Part shown: in pieces, positions 18,201 through 33,919 of the stretch | Layout: every line of letters begins with the position of its first letter | Position numbering within the stretch: the first letter of the stretch is position 1 | Origin: the human T2T-CHM13v2.0 reference genome, Homo sapiens | Length of the DNA stretch: 64,000 nt | Direction: 5' to 3' (one strand) | NCBI RefSeq assembly: GCF_009914755.1 | Contig: NC_060939.1 | Made by a program: the position numbers and the translations under genes | Notes under the pieces: model-generated | Seen by the model: only the letters and a program-made list of their open reading frames with translations | The model's database searches: none | Told to the model about the DNA's origin: nothing

Positions 18201-21200
18201 AAAAGAACAGAATGCAGTGGAATGGAATGGAATCGAATGGAGTGGACTGAAGTGGAGAGGAGTGGGGTGAATTAGAGTTGACTGGAATGGAGACAAATGG
18301 AATGACATGGAACGGAATGCAATGGAATGGAATGAAGTGGAGATGAGTTGTGTGGAGAAGATTGTCGTTGAATGGAGCAGAATGGAAGGGGATGGAGTGG
18401 AATGGAGTGCTGTGGAGTGCAGTGCAGAGGAGAGGAGTGCAATGGCATGGAATGGAGATGGATACAATGGAATTTAGTGTAGTGGAGCGGAGTAAAGTAG
18501 AACGGAGTGGTATGGAATGGAGTGGAATAGAATAGAATGGATTCGAATGGAATGGACGGGAATGGAATGGAATGGAATGGACTCGAATGGAATGGAATCG
18601 AATGAAATGGAATCTAATGAAAGGTAATCAAATGGAATGGAATCGAATTGAATGGAACGGAATGGAACGGTCTCGAATGCAACAGAATCAAATGGAATAG
18701 AATCGAGTGGAATGGAATGGACTCGAATGGATAGGAATGGAAACGAAAGGAATGGAAACGGAATGGATTCGAAAGGAATGGACTGGAATGGAATGCAATC
18801 GAATGGAATGGAATCCAACAGAATGGAATCAAATGGAATGGAATGGATTCGAATGGACTGGACAGGAATGGAATGGTCCTGAAAGGAAAGGAATGGAATG
18901 GAAAAGAAGGGAATGGAATGGAGTGGAATGGAATGGAATAGAATTTAATGGAATGGAACGGACTCGAATGAAATGGCCTGGAGTGGAATGGAATCGAATG
19001 GAATAGAATTGACTGAAATGGAATCGAAAGGAATGGAATAGAATTTAATGGAATAGAATGGATTGGAAAGGAATGGAATCGAATCAAATCAAATGGAATG
19101 GAATAGAATGGAAGGGAAGGGAATGGAAAGGAATAGAATGGAATAGATTCAAATGGAATGGAATGGAATAGAATGGAATGGATTCAAATGGAATGGAATA
19201 GAAATGAATGTAACACAATGGAACGGAATGGAATCTAATAGCATGGAATGGAACGGAATGGAATGGAATGGAATAGATTTGAAAGGAATGGAATGGACTG
19301 GACTCAAAAGGAATGGACTGGAATGGCATGGAATTGAATGGTATGGAATGGAATGGAATGGAATTGAATGGAATGGATTTGAAAGGAATGGAATGGAAAG
19401 GAAAGGAATGGAACAGACTGGAATGGAATGGACTGGAATGAATTGGAATTGAATGGAATGGAATGGAAATGAGTGGAATGCAATGGAATGGACTGGAATG
19501 GAATGGAATGGAATGGACTGTAATGGAATGGAGTATAATAGAACGGCCCCAAATGGAATCTAATCGAATGGAATGGAATGGAATGGAATCAAATGGAATG
19601 GAAAGGAATAGAATGGAATCGAATGGAATGGACTCGAATGAAATGTACTGGAATGGAATGGACTCGAATGGAATGGACTGGAATGGAATGTATTCAAAGA
19701 GAATGGAATTGAATGGAATGGACACGAATGCAATAAAATGGAATGGAATGGACACGAATAGAATGGATTCTAATAGAATGGACTGGAATGGAATGGATTA
19801 AATTGGATGGACTCGAATGGAATGTAATCGAATGGAATGGAATCGAATGGGACAGAATCGAATGGAATAGAATCGAATGGAAAGGAATCGAATGGAATGG
19901 ACTGGAAGGAAATGGAATTGATAAGAATGGACTCGAATGGAATGGACTCAAAAGGAAAGGAATTGAATGAAATGGAATTGAATGGAATGGAATCGAATTT
20001 AATGGAATGGAATCGAATGGAATGCAATGGAATGGAATGGAATCGACTGGAATAGAATCTACTAGAATGGAATGGAATGGAATGGAATGGAATGGATTCG
20101 ATTGGAGTGGACAGGAAGGGAATGGACTAGAATGGAATGAACTCAAAAAGAAAGAAATGGAATGGAATGGAATAGAACAGAATGTAATGGGATCGAATGG
20201 AATGGAATGGAATGAAATGCAATCAAACGGAATGCAATAGAATGGAAAGGAATGGAATGGAATAGAAACGAATGGAATGGAATTGAGTGAAATGGATTCT
20301 AATGTAATAGAATTGAATTGATTGGAATGCAATGGAATGGAAAGGACTCGAATGTAGTAGACTGGAATGGAATGGACTCGAATGAAATGGACTGGAAGGG
20401 AATGAGCTCGATTGGAATGCAAACGAATGGAATAGAATCGAATGTAATGAAATCAAATGGAATGAATTGAATGGAATGAAACCGAATGGAATGCACTGGA
20501 ATGGAATGGACTCGAATTGAAAGGAATCGAATATAATGGAATGGAACGGAATGAAAAGTAACGGAATGGAATGGAATCAAATAGAATGGACTCGAATGCA
20601 ATGCACTGGAATTGAATGGAATCGAGTGGAATGGACTTGAATGGAATGGCGTCTAATGCAATGGAATGGACTGCAAAAGAATCGAGTTGAATGGAATTAT
20701 TGGAATGGAGTTGAATGGAATGGATTGGAAAGGAATTGAATCAAATGGAATGGAATCGATTGGAATGGACTAGAATGGAATGGACACTAAAGGAATGGAA
20801 TGAAATGGAATGGTCTCGAATGGAATGGAATGGAATGGAATGGAATGGAAAGGGCTCGAATGGAATGGAACCCAAAGGACTGGCATCGAATGCAATGGAA
20901 TCTAATGGAATGGAATCCAATGTAATAGACCGGATTGGAATGAACTCAGATGCAATTGACTGCGAAGGAAAGGTCTCGAATGGAATGTAACGGAATGCGA
21001 CGTACTCAAATGGAATGGACTCGAATGGAAAGGAATGGAATGGAATGGAATGGAATGGAATGGAATCAAATGGAATCGGTTGGAATAGCATGGATTTGAA
21101 CCAAATGGAATGAAATGGAATGGTCTTGAAAGTAATGGGCAGGAATGGAATGGAACCGAATGGAATGGAATGAATTGGAAAGGAATGGATTGGACTCGAA

Positions 21201-21491
21201 TTTAATGGGCAGGAATGGAATGGAACAGAATGGAATGGAATGAATTGGAATGGAATGGATTGGACACGAATGTAATTGACTGCAATGGAATGGACTCGAA
21301 TGGAATGGAATCAAAAGAAATGGAATAGAATGGAATGGAATGGAACTGAATGTATCAGACTGGAATGGAATGGACTCGAATGTTATGGACTTGAATGGAA
21401 TGGACTGGAATGGAATGGAATGGAATCAAATGGAATGGAATCGAATGGAATGGACTGGAATGCAATGGAAATGAATGGACTGGACTGGAAT

Positions 21492-21506
21492 GGAATGTTC
21501 TAGAAT
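21492..21506. promoter_or_regulatory. Perfect 3-unit heat shock element (nGAAnnTTCnnGAAn)
   Basis: gGAAtgTTCtaGAAt read directly; function untested. Confidence 0.45.
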
Positions 21507-22081
21507 AAAATGGCATCGAATGAAATGTAACGTACTGGAACGGAATGTATTCCAATGAAATGGCCTGGAAAGGAATTAACTCGAACGTAACTGACTTGAA
21601 TGGAATGCAATTGAATGGCAAGGAATAGAATGTAATGTAATGGAATGGAATGGAATGGAATGAAATGGAATGGAATGGAATGGAAAGGAATGGAATGGAA
21701 TAGAAGAGAATAGAATGGAATGGAATCGAATGGAGTGGACTATAATGGAATGGATTGGAATGGAATGGATTCAAATGGAATGGAATCGAATGGAGTGGAT
21801 TTGAATGGAATGGACTTGAGTGGCATAGATTCAAATGGAATGGACTGGAATGGAATGCCTTTGAATGGAATGGAATAGAATGGGATGGAATCGAATGGAA
21901 TGGAATCGAATTGAGTGGACTCAAATGGAATGGACTCGAATGTAATGGACTCGAATGGAATGGAATCTAAATGAATGGAATGGAATCAAAAGGAATGGAA
22001 TCGCAAGGAATGGAATGGATTGGAATGGAATCGAGTGGAATGGATTGGAATGAAATGTACTGGAATGGAATGGACTGAAAG

Positions 22082-22096
22082 GGAACATTCTCGAAT
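22082..22096. promoter_or_regulatory. Perfect 3-unit heat shock element (nGAAnnTTCnnGAAn)
   Basis: gGAAcaTTCtcGAAt read directly; function untested. Confidence 0.45.
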
Positions 22097-25000
22097 GGAA
22101 TGGAATAGAAAGGAACGGACTCGAATGGAATTGAAACAACTGGAATGGAATCTAGTGGAATGGAATGGAATGGAATGGAGTGGAATGGACAGGAATGGAA
22201 TGGATTCGAATAGAATGAACATGAATGGAATGGATTCAAATGGGATGGACTCGAATGGAATGCATTTGAATGGAATGGAATTGAATGGAATGGAATCAGA
22301 TGGAATGGACTGGAATTGAATGGATTCATACGGAGTGGACTCGAATGGAATGGACTCGAAATGAAAGGAATCCATTGTAATGGAACAGAACGGTATGGAA
22401 ACGACTTGAATGGAAAGGATTCAAATGGAATGCAATGGAATGGAATGAAATGGAATGGAATCAAAAGGAATGGAATCGAGTGGAAGTCTTGAATGGAATG
22501 GAATCTAATGGAATGGAATGGAATGGAATGGACTCCAATGGAATGCACTGGAATAGAATGGACTCGAAAGGAAAGGACTCGAATAGAAAGGACAAAAAGG
22601 AAAGGAATCAAAAGGAATGGAATCGATGGCAATAGAAACGAATGGAATGGAATAGAAAGGAATGCAAACGAATGGAATGGAATGGTATGGAATGGAACGG
22701 AATGGAATCAAATGGAAAGTAATTGAGTGGAATGTAGATGAAAGGATAAGAATCTAATGGAATGGAATCTAATGCAATGGAATCGGACAGAATGGAACGG
22801 AATGGAATAGAATGGAATGAAATGGAATGGAATCAAATGTAATGGACCGGAATTGAGTGGACCCGAATGGAATGGATTGGAATGGAATGAACTCAAATGG
22901 AATGCAATAGAATGGAATGGAATCGAATGTAATGGAATCAAATGGAATGGAATTGAATAGAATGGAATCGAATGGAATAGACGAATAGAATCGACTCGAA
23001 TGGATTGGAATCAAATATAATAGAATGTAATTTAATGGAATGGAAAGGAATGGAATCAAATGGAATGAACTCGAATGGAATGGACTGGAATTGAATGGAC
23101 TCGAATGGAATGGACTTGAAAGGAATGGAATCTAATGGAATGGAAACAAATTGAATGGAATCGATTGGAATGGACTGGAAAGGAATGGACTGGAAAGGAA
23201 TGGAATGGAATGGAATCCAAAGGAATGGAATGGAATGTAACAGAATTGAATGTAACAGAATAGAATGGAATGAAATCAAATGAAAAGGGATCAAATGGAA
23301 TGGAATCATATGGAGTGGAATCAAATTAAATGGAATGGAATCGAATGGAATGGAATCAAATGGAATGGAATCAAATTGAAAGGAGTCGAATGGCACGGAA
23401 TGGAATCGAATGGATTGCAGTGAAGTGGAGTGGAGTGGAATGGACTGGGATGGAATGGAATTGAATGTAGAGGACGGGAGTGGAGTTGAATGGACTCAAA
23501 TGGAATGGAAGGGGAAGGAATGGAATTGAACGGAATGGAGTATAATGGAGTGGAGTGGAATGTAATGCAATGGAATGGAATGGAATGGAATAGAATGGAA
23601 TGGAGTTAATGGATTGCAAAGGAGTGGAATGGAAGGAAGTGGAGTTGGATGGAATGGAGTATAGTGGAGTGGAGTGGAGTGGAATGGAATGGAATGGACT
23701 CCAAAGGACTGGAGTCAAATGAAATGTAATTGAAAGCAATGGAATGGAACGGAATGGAACGGACTCCAAAGGACTGGAGTCGAACGGAATGGAATTGAAT
23801 GCAAAGGAATGGAATGGAATGGAATGGAACGGAATGCAATTAAATGAAATGGAAAGGAACGCAATGGAATGGAATGGAGTGGAATGCAATGGAATCAAAT
23901 TGAATGGAATGGAATCGAACAGAATGGAATGGAATGGAATGAAATGCAATAGAAAGGACTGGAATAGAATGGAATGGAATGGAATCGAATCGAATTTAAT
24001 GGAATCAATTAGAATGGGACCGAATAGAGTGGAATGGAATGGTGTGGAATGGACTAGAATGGAATGGAATGGAAAGGAAAGGGCTCGAATGGAATGGACC
24101 CGAATGGAATGGAATCAAATGCAATGGAATGCAAAGGAACAGAATAGAATGGAATGGAAGGTAATGGACTCTAATGTAATGGAATGCAATGCTATGGACT
24201 CGAATGGAATGGATTCAAATGGAATGGACTCGAAAGGAATGGACTCGAATGGAATGGATTCTAATGGAAAGGAATTGAATGAAATGGACTGGAAGGGATC
24301 GGTTTCGCACGGAATGGAATGGAATAGAATGGAATGGAATCGAATGGAATGGACTGAAATGGAATGGACTCGAATGGAATGGACTCCAATGGAATGGACT
24401 TGAAAGGAATGCAATCGAATGGAATGGAATCGAACGGAATGGATTCGAAGGGAATGAAATGCAATCAAATGGAATGGAATCAAACGGAGTGGAATGGAAT
24501 GGAATGGACTCGAATGTAAAGGACTGGAACGGAAAGGACTGGAATCAAATGGACTCACATGGAATGGAGTCAAATGGAATGCAATCAAATAGAATATAAC
24601 AAAATGGAATGGAATGGAATCGAATGGAATGGAATATATTCGAATATAAAGGACTGGAATGGAATGTACTTTAATGAAATGGACTTGAATGAAAAGGATT
24701 TGTATGGAATGCACTCAAATGGAATGGAATTAAACAAAATGGACTCGAATGGAATGCAGACGATTAGAATGGAATCGAATGGGGTGGAATCTAATGGAAT
24801 GGACTGCAATGGAATGGACTCCAAAGAATGGACTCGAATGGAATAGACTCGAATGTAACGTAATGTAATGAAATCGTAAAAAATGGGATGGACTCGATTG
24901 TAATGGATTGTAATGCAATAGACTAGCATGGAATGGACTCCAATGGAATGGAACAAAATGGAATGGAAAGGATTGGAATGTACTCGAATTTAAATGACTA

Positions 25001-28000
25001 GAAAGGAATGGACTTGAATGGAATTGACTCGAATGGAATACAGTCGAATGGAATGGAATGCAATGGAAAGGAAAGGAGTGGAATGGAATGGACAGTAATC
25101 GAATGGACTTGAAAGGAAGGGACTCGAATGGAATGTACTCGAATGGAATGCAATCGAATGGAATGGAATCGAATGGAATGGAATCAAAAGGAATGGACTG
25201 GAATGAAATAGAATGGAATGGAATGGACTCGATTGGAATGGACTGGAATGGAATAGACTCAAAAGGAATGGACTCAAATGGAATGCAATCGACTGCAATG
25301 GAACTGAATGGAGTGGAATCGAACGGAATGGTATTGAATGGAATGGACTCTAATGGAATGCAATAGAATCGAAAGGACACTAATGGAATGAACTGGAATG
25401 GACCGGTCTCGAATGGAATGGAAAGGAATGGAATGGACTGGAACGGAATCTAATGGAATGGACTCGAATAGAATGGACTCGAATTGAAAGGATTCGAATG
25501 GAATGGACGCGAATGGTCTGGAATTCAATCGAATCGAATGTAATGGTCTCTAATGGATTGGTCACGAATGGAATGGAATCAAATGGAACGGAATCAAATG
25601 AAATGGACTCGAATGAAATGTAATCGAATGGAATGGAATCAAATAGAATGGAATAGAATGGAATGGACTTAAATTTAATGGATTGGAATGGAACAGTCTG
25701 GAATGGAATGGAATTGAATGGAATGGAATGGAGTATAACGGAATGAAATGGAATGGAATCGAATAGAATGGAAAGGAATGGAATGGAATGGAATCGAATG
25801 CAATGTAAAGGCATGGAATGGCACACAACGGAACGGAATTGAAAGGAATAGAATCTAATGGAATGGAATGGAATTGATTCCAATGGAATGGACTGGAATG
25901 GAATAGAATGGAAGGGAATTTATTCACATGGAATGGGCTGGAATGGAATTGAGTGGAATGGAATGGACTACAAGGGAAAGAACATGAATGGAATGGAATT
26001 CAATAGAATGGAATCGAATGGAATGGAAGGGTATGGAATGAAATATAATGCAGTCGAATGGAATGGAATGGATTGGAAAGGAACGGAATGGAATGGAATA
26101 GAATCGAATGGAATGGACTGTAACAGATTCGACTGGAAAGGAATGGAGTCCTATGGAACGGATTCAAATGGAATGGATTCGCATCGAATGGATACGAGTG
26201 GTCTGGAATGGAATGGACTCGAATGCAATGGTCTCCAATAGAATGGACTCGAATGGAATGCAATTGAATGGAAAGGAATAAAATTTAATGGAATCGAATG
26301 GAATGGAATCGAATGGAATGGAATCTAGTGGAATGGAATAGAATCGATACGACCCGAATGGAATGAACTGGAATAGAACGGTCTCCAATGGAATGGAATC
26401 GGGTGGAATGGAATCGATTGGAATGGAAAGAAAATGAAAAGAATGGAAAGCAATAGAATGAAAAGGAATGGAATGAAATGGAGTCAATCGAATTGACTAG
26501 AATGGAATGGAATGTACATGAAAGTAATGAACTGGAATGGAATGGAGTTGATTCGAATTGTGTCTAACGGAATGGAATCGAAAGGAATGGAATCCAATGG
26601 AATGCAATCACAAGGATTGGAAAGGAATGGAATGGACTTGAATGGAAGGGAATAAAATGGAATGGAAAGGAGTGGACTGGAATGGCATGGACTCGAAAGG
26701 AATGGACTGGAATGGAACCGTTCCGAATGAAATGGACCCGAATGGATTGGAACTGAAAGGTATGGTATTGAATGGAATGGAATCGAATGGAATGGAATGG
26801 ACTGGAATGTAATAGAATGGACTGGAATGAAATGGACTGAATGGAATAGACTAGAATGGAATGGAATCAAATGGAATGGGCTCGAAGGAATGTATTCGAA
26901 TGGAATGGAATCAAATGGAATGGAATAGAATGGAAGGGACTTGAATTGAATGGATTGTTACGGAACGGTATTGAATGGAAGGGAATGGAATGGATTGGAA
27001 TGGAATGCAATGGACTGGAATGGAATAGACTCAAAAGGAATGGAATCGAATTGAATGGAATTGAACGGAAGGGAATCAAATGGAATAGAAGCGAATGGAA
27101 TGGAACGGAATGGAATGGAATTGAATGGAAAATAAGGGAATATAATGGAATGGACTCTAATGGAATGGACTCAAAGGGAAGAGAATAGAATGGAATAGAA
27201 TGGAATGGAATGGAATGGACACGAATGCAATTGATTGGAGTGGTGTGGAATGGAATGAAAGGGAATGGACTCTCATGGAATGGAACGCAATGAAATGGAA
27301 TGGAAATCAATGGAAAGGAATCGAATGGAAAGGAATGGAATATAATGGAATCAAATGGAATGGAAGGGAATGGAATGGATTCGAATGGAACGTAATGGCA
27401 TGAAATGGAAGGGAATTGAATGGAATGTATTGGAATGGAGTGGAATGGAATGGCATGGAATGGAATCAAAAAAATGGAATTGATTATCATAAAATCTAAT
27501 GGAATGGAATAGAATATATTTGAATGGAATGGATTGGAATGGAATGGAATCAAAAAATTGGAATGGAGTGGAATGGAATGTAGTGTAATGGAATGGAATG
27601 GAATGGACTTGAAAGGAATCAAATGTAATGGACTAGAATTGCGTGGAATTGTATGGAATGGAATGGAGTAAAATGGAGTGGACTGGAATGGAATGGAATA
27701 AAATGGAATGGAATCTAATGGAACGTAATCAATTGGAATGGCCTCGAATTGAATGGATCCGAAAGAATTGTCTCGAATGGAATGGGAAGACTCGAATGTA
27801 ATGAAACGGAATGGAATTGAATGGAATTGTATGCAATCGACTCGAACATAATCGACTGAATTGGAATGGAGTCAAATGGAATAGAAGCGACTGCAATGGA
27901 ATCAAATGGAATTTAATTGAACTGAAAGAAATTCAATGGAATGGAATGGAATGGAAAGGAATTGAATGGATTGGTATGGAGTGGAATGTAACGGACTCGA

Positions 28001-31000
28001 AAGGAATGTACACGAATGGAATGGAATTGAATGGATTGGAATCGAGTGGAATGATATCAAATTGAATTGAATCAAATAGAATGGAATGGAATGTGACGGA
28101 ATGGACTCAAATGGAATGGACTCAAAGGGAATGGAATAGAACAGAATGGAATGGAAAGGAATGGAAACGATTTGAATGGAATGGAATGGATTCAAATGGA
28201 ACGGAATGGAATGAAATGGAATGGAAGTGAATGGAATGTCATGGCATGGAATGGAATGGAATGTACTCGAAAGGAATGGAATGAAACGGACTGCAATGGA
28301 ATGGAAAGTAGTGGAATCGAATGTAATGGAATGGCACGAGATGGAATCAAATGCAATGGAATCGAATATAATGTAATGTAAAGGAATGGAATGGAATGGA
28401 AATGAAAGGAATGGCATGGCACAGAAAGGAATGCAATGGATTCGAATTGAACCAAAAGGAATGAAATGGAATGGAACTGAAAGGAATGGAATGGAATGGC
28501 CTTGAATGCAATGGAAAGGAATGGAAAAGAATGTACTAGAATGGAATGGAACGGAATGGAATGGAATGGAATGGAATGGAATGGAATGGAATGGAATAGA
28601 ATTGTATGGAATGCAATTGCAAGGAATGGAATTGAACACAATGGAATGGAGTGGAATGGAATGGAATGCACTTGCATGCAATGGAATCAAAAGGAATGGT
28701 ATCGAATGGAATGGAATCGAATTCAATAAATTGGAATGGAATGGCCTCGAAAGGAATGGAATTGAAAGGAATGGAACGAAATGCAATCAAATGGAATCAA
28801 ATGGAATTAAATGGACTGGAATGGAATAGACTGGAAAGTAATGGACTGGAATGGAATGGAATCGAATGGAATTGAAAGTAATGGAACGAAATGCAATCAA
28901 ATGGAATCAAATGGAATTAAATGGACTGGAATGGAATAGACTGGAAAGTAATGGACTGGAATGGAATGGAATCGAATGGAATGGAAACAAAAGGAATGGA
29001 ATCAAATGGAATGGAATCCAATGGAATGGACTCTAATGGAATGGATTGGAATGGAACGGTCTTGAAAGGAATGGAATTGAATGGAATGAAATGGAATAGT
29101 ATTAAAGGCAATGGAATGAAATGGAATCGAATGGAAAGGAAAGGAATGGAGTGGGATGGAATGGAAACGAATTGAATGGAATGGAATGACAAGGAATGGA
29201 ATCGAATGAAATAGAATCTAATGGAATGGAATGGAATTGATTCAAATGGAATGTACTCGAATGGAATGGACTCAAATGGAGTGGAGTGTAATGGAATGGA
29301 AAGGACTCAAATATTATGGGCTGGAATGCAATGGACTCGAATGGAACGGACTCGAATGGAATAAAATGGATTGGAATGGAATGGAAAGGAATGGACTTGA
29401 ATGTAATGGGCTGGAATGCAGTTGATTGTAATGGAATGTATTTCAATGGAATGGCTTTCAATGTAATGTAATATAACCGAATGGAATGAAATGGAATGGA
29501 ATGGGAAGGAATAGAATGGATTGGAAAGGACTCGAATGTAGTGGGCTCCATTGGAATGGAATCCAAAGGAATGAAATAGAATGGAATGGAATCCAATGGA
29601 ATGGAATAGAATGGATTGGAATCCAATGGAATGGAATCAAATGGAATGGAGTGGAATGCGATGGACTCGAATGAAATGGACTGGAATGTAATTGTCTCTA
29701 ATGGAAAGCAATGGAATGGAATGGAATCAAATCGAATGGAATGTAATCGATTGGAATAGAATGGAAGTGAATGGAATGGACTCCCATGGAATGTACTCGA
29801 ACAGAAAGCAATCAAATGGAATCGAATCAAATAAAATGCCATGGAATGGAATGGAATGAAATGGAACGGAAAGGAACTGATTGAAAACAAACTGAATGGA
29901 ATAGAATGGAATCCAAAGGATTCGAATGGAATGGAATGGAATGAAATGGAATTGAATGGAATGGAAAGGAATGGAATCGATTCGAATGGAATGGAATGGC
30001 ATGGAATGGAATCGAATAAAATGGAATGAAATTGAATGGAATGGGATGGAATGAAGTGGACTGGAAAGGATTCGAAAAGAATGGACTGGAATTGAGTGGA
30101 ACTGTATGGAATGGAACGGACTCGAATGGAATGGAATCGAATGAAATGGAGTCGAATTGAATGTGTCCAACTCGAACGCTGTCCAGTGTAATGTAATGGG
30201 ATGGAAAGGAATGGAATTTAATGCAATGGAAAGACTAGAATGGAATAAAATGGAATGGAATGGAATGGAATAGAATGTAATGGACTGCAATGGAATGGAC
30301 TCGAATGGAATGCACTAGAGTACAAAGGAATTGAATGCAATTTAATCGAATGGAATGAAATCCAATGGAATGGAATGGAATGCAATGCATTGGAACAGAC
30401 TGGAATGTAATGTACTCGAATGGAATTCACACGAATGGAATGAAATTGAATGCAATCGATGCGAATGGAATGGAATCAAATCGAATGGAATGGAATGGAA
30501 TGGAATGGAATAGATTATAATGGAAAAGAATAGAATGGAATGGAATGGAGTTGAATGGACTCGAATCGAATGGACTCAAAGGGAATGGAATGGAACATAA
30601 TACAATGGAAAGGAATGGAATTGACTCGAATGGAATAGAATGAAGTGGAATGGAATGGAATTGATCGCAATGGATTCCAATGGAATGGAAAGGAAAGAAA
30701 TGGAATGGAATTGAATGGAATGCCCGGAAATCAATTGGAATGGAATGGCATGTAATGGAATCTAATGGAATCGAATTAAATGGAAAAGAATCGAATGAAA
30801 TGGAAAGGAATTGAATAGAATGGATTTGAATGGAATGGAATGGAATTTAATATAATGGAATGGACTGGAAATGAATGGAAGCGAATGGAATGGAATCGAA
30901 TGGAATGGACTCGAATGGAATGGAATGGAATGGAATCGTCTCAAGTGGAATGGAATGGAATAGAATGGAATGGAATCGAATGAAACTGAATGGAATTTAA

Positions 31001-33919
31001 CGGAATTGAATGGAATGGAATGGAATCGAATAGAAGGGAACCAAATGGAATGGTGTGTAATTGAATGAAGTAGAATGGAATGGACTCCAATGGAATGAAC
31101 TCAAATGGAATGGAATGAAATGGAATGGAATGTTGTAGAACGGAATCGAATGGAGTCAAATGGAATGGAATGGATTGGAATGGAATGGAATGGAATAGAA
31201 TCAAATGGAATGGAATCACATGGAATGGACTGGAACGCAATGAACGGGAATGGAATTAACTCAAATGGAATAAACTCGAATGGAATGGATGGCAATGGAA
31301 TGGAATCTGATGGAATGGAATAGAATGGAATGGACATGAATGGACTGAACTGGAATGGAACGGTCTCGAATGGAATGGAATCGAATGGAATGATATCAAA
31401 TGGAATTGAATGGAACGGAAAAGATTGGAGTGGTATGGAATGAAATTGACACAACTGAATTGACTGGAATGGAATGGAATGTACTCGAATGAAATGGACT
31501 GAATGGAATGGCCTCGAAAGGAATGGAGTCGAATGGAAAGGAATCGAAAGGAATGGAATCCAATGGAATGGAATTACAAGGAATGGAAATGAATGGAATG
31601 GAATCAAATGGATGGGAATTGAATGGAATGGAAAGGGCTGGACTGGAATGGAATGGACTCGAAAGGAATAGACTGGAATGGAACCCTCTGGAATAAAGTG
31701 GAGACGAATGGATTGGAATTCAAAGGAATGGATTCGAATGGAATGGAATCGAATGGAATGGAACGGAATTGAAGGGAATAGAATGGACTTGAATGTAATT
31801 GACTGAATGGAACGGACTCAACAGGAATGGAATCGAATGGAATGGAATCAAAAGGAATGGACTCGAAAGGAAGGTAATCAAATGGAATGGAATCAAATGG
31901 AATACAATCAAACGGAAAGAACTACGATTGAATGGATTGGAAAGGAATGGTATTGAATGGAATGGAAGTGAATGGAATGGAATGGAGTGGAATGGAAGGT
32001 AATGGAATAGAATCGAATGGAATGGAAAAGAATGGAATGGAATGGAATGGAATGGAATGGAATGGACTGCAATGGAATGGAATGTACTCGAATCTAGTGA
32101 ACTGGAAAGGAATGGATTAGAATGGAATGGAGTCGAACGGAACGGAATCAAATGGAATGGATTCTAATGGATTTGAATCCAAAGAAACAAAAAAAAATCG
32201 AAAGCACTCTAATGAAAGGAAATTGAATGGAATGGAATATATTGGACTTGAGTGGAATGGACTCAAAAGGAATGGACTTGACTGGAATCATCTTGATTAA
32301 AGTGGACCCAAATGGATTGGAATAGACAGGAATGGAATTGAAAGAAATAGAATCAAATGGAGTTGACTCGAATGGAATGTAATCAAATGATAAGGAATCA
32401 GCTGGAATGGAATAGAATGGAATGGACTTCAATTGAATGGATTTGAATGGAATTGTCTCGAATGGAATTGAATGGAATGGATAGGAGTGGAATAAAATGG
32501 AATGGAATGGAATGGAATGAAATGGAATGGAAAGGAATGGAATGGAATGGAATCGAATCGAAAGGAATGGCCTGGAATGTAATTGCATGGAATGAAATCG
32601 AACTGAATAGAATCTAATGAAACGGAATGCAATTGATTCGAATGGATTGGACTGGAAAGGAATGGAATCGAACAAAATGAGATGGAATGGAATGGTATGG
32701 AATGGAATGGATTCGAATGGAAAGGAATGAAATGGAATGGAATAGAATGGAATGCAATGGACTGGAAAGGATTCAAATGGAAAGGACTGGAATTCAGTGG
32801 AATCGTATGGAATGGAATAGAATGCAATGGAATGGAATGGAATGGACTCGAATGGAATGCAGTCGAATAGAATGGAATCTAATGGAATGGAATCGAATGG
32901 AATGCACTCTAATTGAATGGATCAGAATGGAACTGTCTCGAATGCAAAGGAAAGGAATGAAAGACTCGAATGGAAAGAAATGGAATGGAAAGGAAAGGAA
33001 TGGAATGGAATAGAAATTTACTGATTCGAATGGAATGGACGGGAATGGAATGGAATCACATGGAATGGAATGGAATGGAATGGAAGGGAATGGACTCAAA
33101 TGTAATGGACTTGAATGGAAAGGACTCGAATGGAATGGAGCGAAATGAAATGGAATGGAATGGAATGGACTCGAATGTAATGGACTGGAATGGCATGGAC
33201 TCGAAGGGTATGGACTTGAATGGAATGCAATGGAATAGTATGGAATGGAATGGAATCAAATGTAATGGACTGGAATGGAATGTACCCGAATGGAATGGAC
33301 TCGAATGGAATGGATTCCACTGGAATGGAGTCGAATGGAATGCAATTGAAAGGAAAGGAATCGAATGGAATGGAATCAAAAGGAATGCAATCATGCACTA
33401 GAATGAATTGGACTTCTTTGGATTGGACTTGAATGGATAACAATTGAATGGAATGGAATTGAAAGGAATGGAATCAAATGGAATGGAATCGAATCGAATG
33501 CATTGGAATGGAAGGGACTCAAATGGAATGGACTGGAATGGAATGGTCTTGAATGGAATGGAATCGAATGGAATGCATTACAATCGAAGGGACTCAAATG
33601 GAATGGACAGGAATGGAATGGTCTTGAATGGAATGGACTCTAATGGAATGGAATGGAAAGAATGGCATGGAATAGAATGGAATGGAATGGAATCGAAAGT
33701 AATGGACTGGAATGGAATGGAAAGAATGGAATGGAATAGAATGGAATGGAATGGAATGGAAAGTAATGGACTGGAATGGAATGGACTCGAATGAAATTGA
33801 CTCGAATGGAATGGACTCCATTGGAATGGACTCCAATGGAATGCAATCGAATGGAATGCCAGCGAATGGAAGGGACTGGAATGGAATGGACTCGAATGGA
33901 TTTGAATGGAATGTAATAC

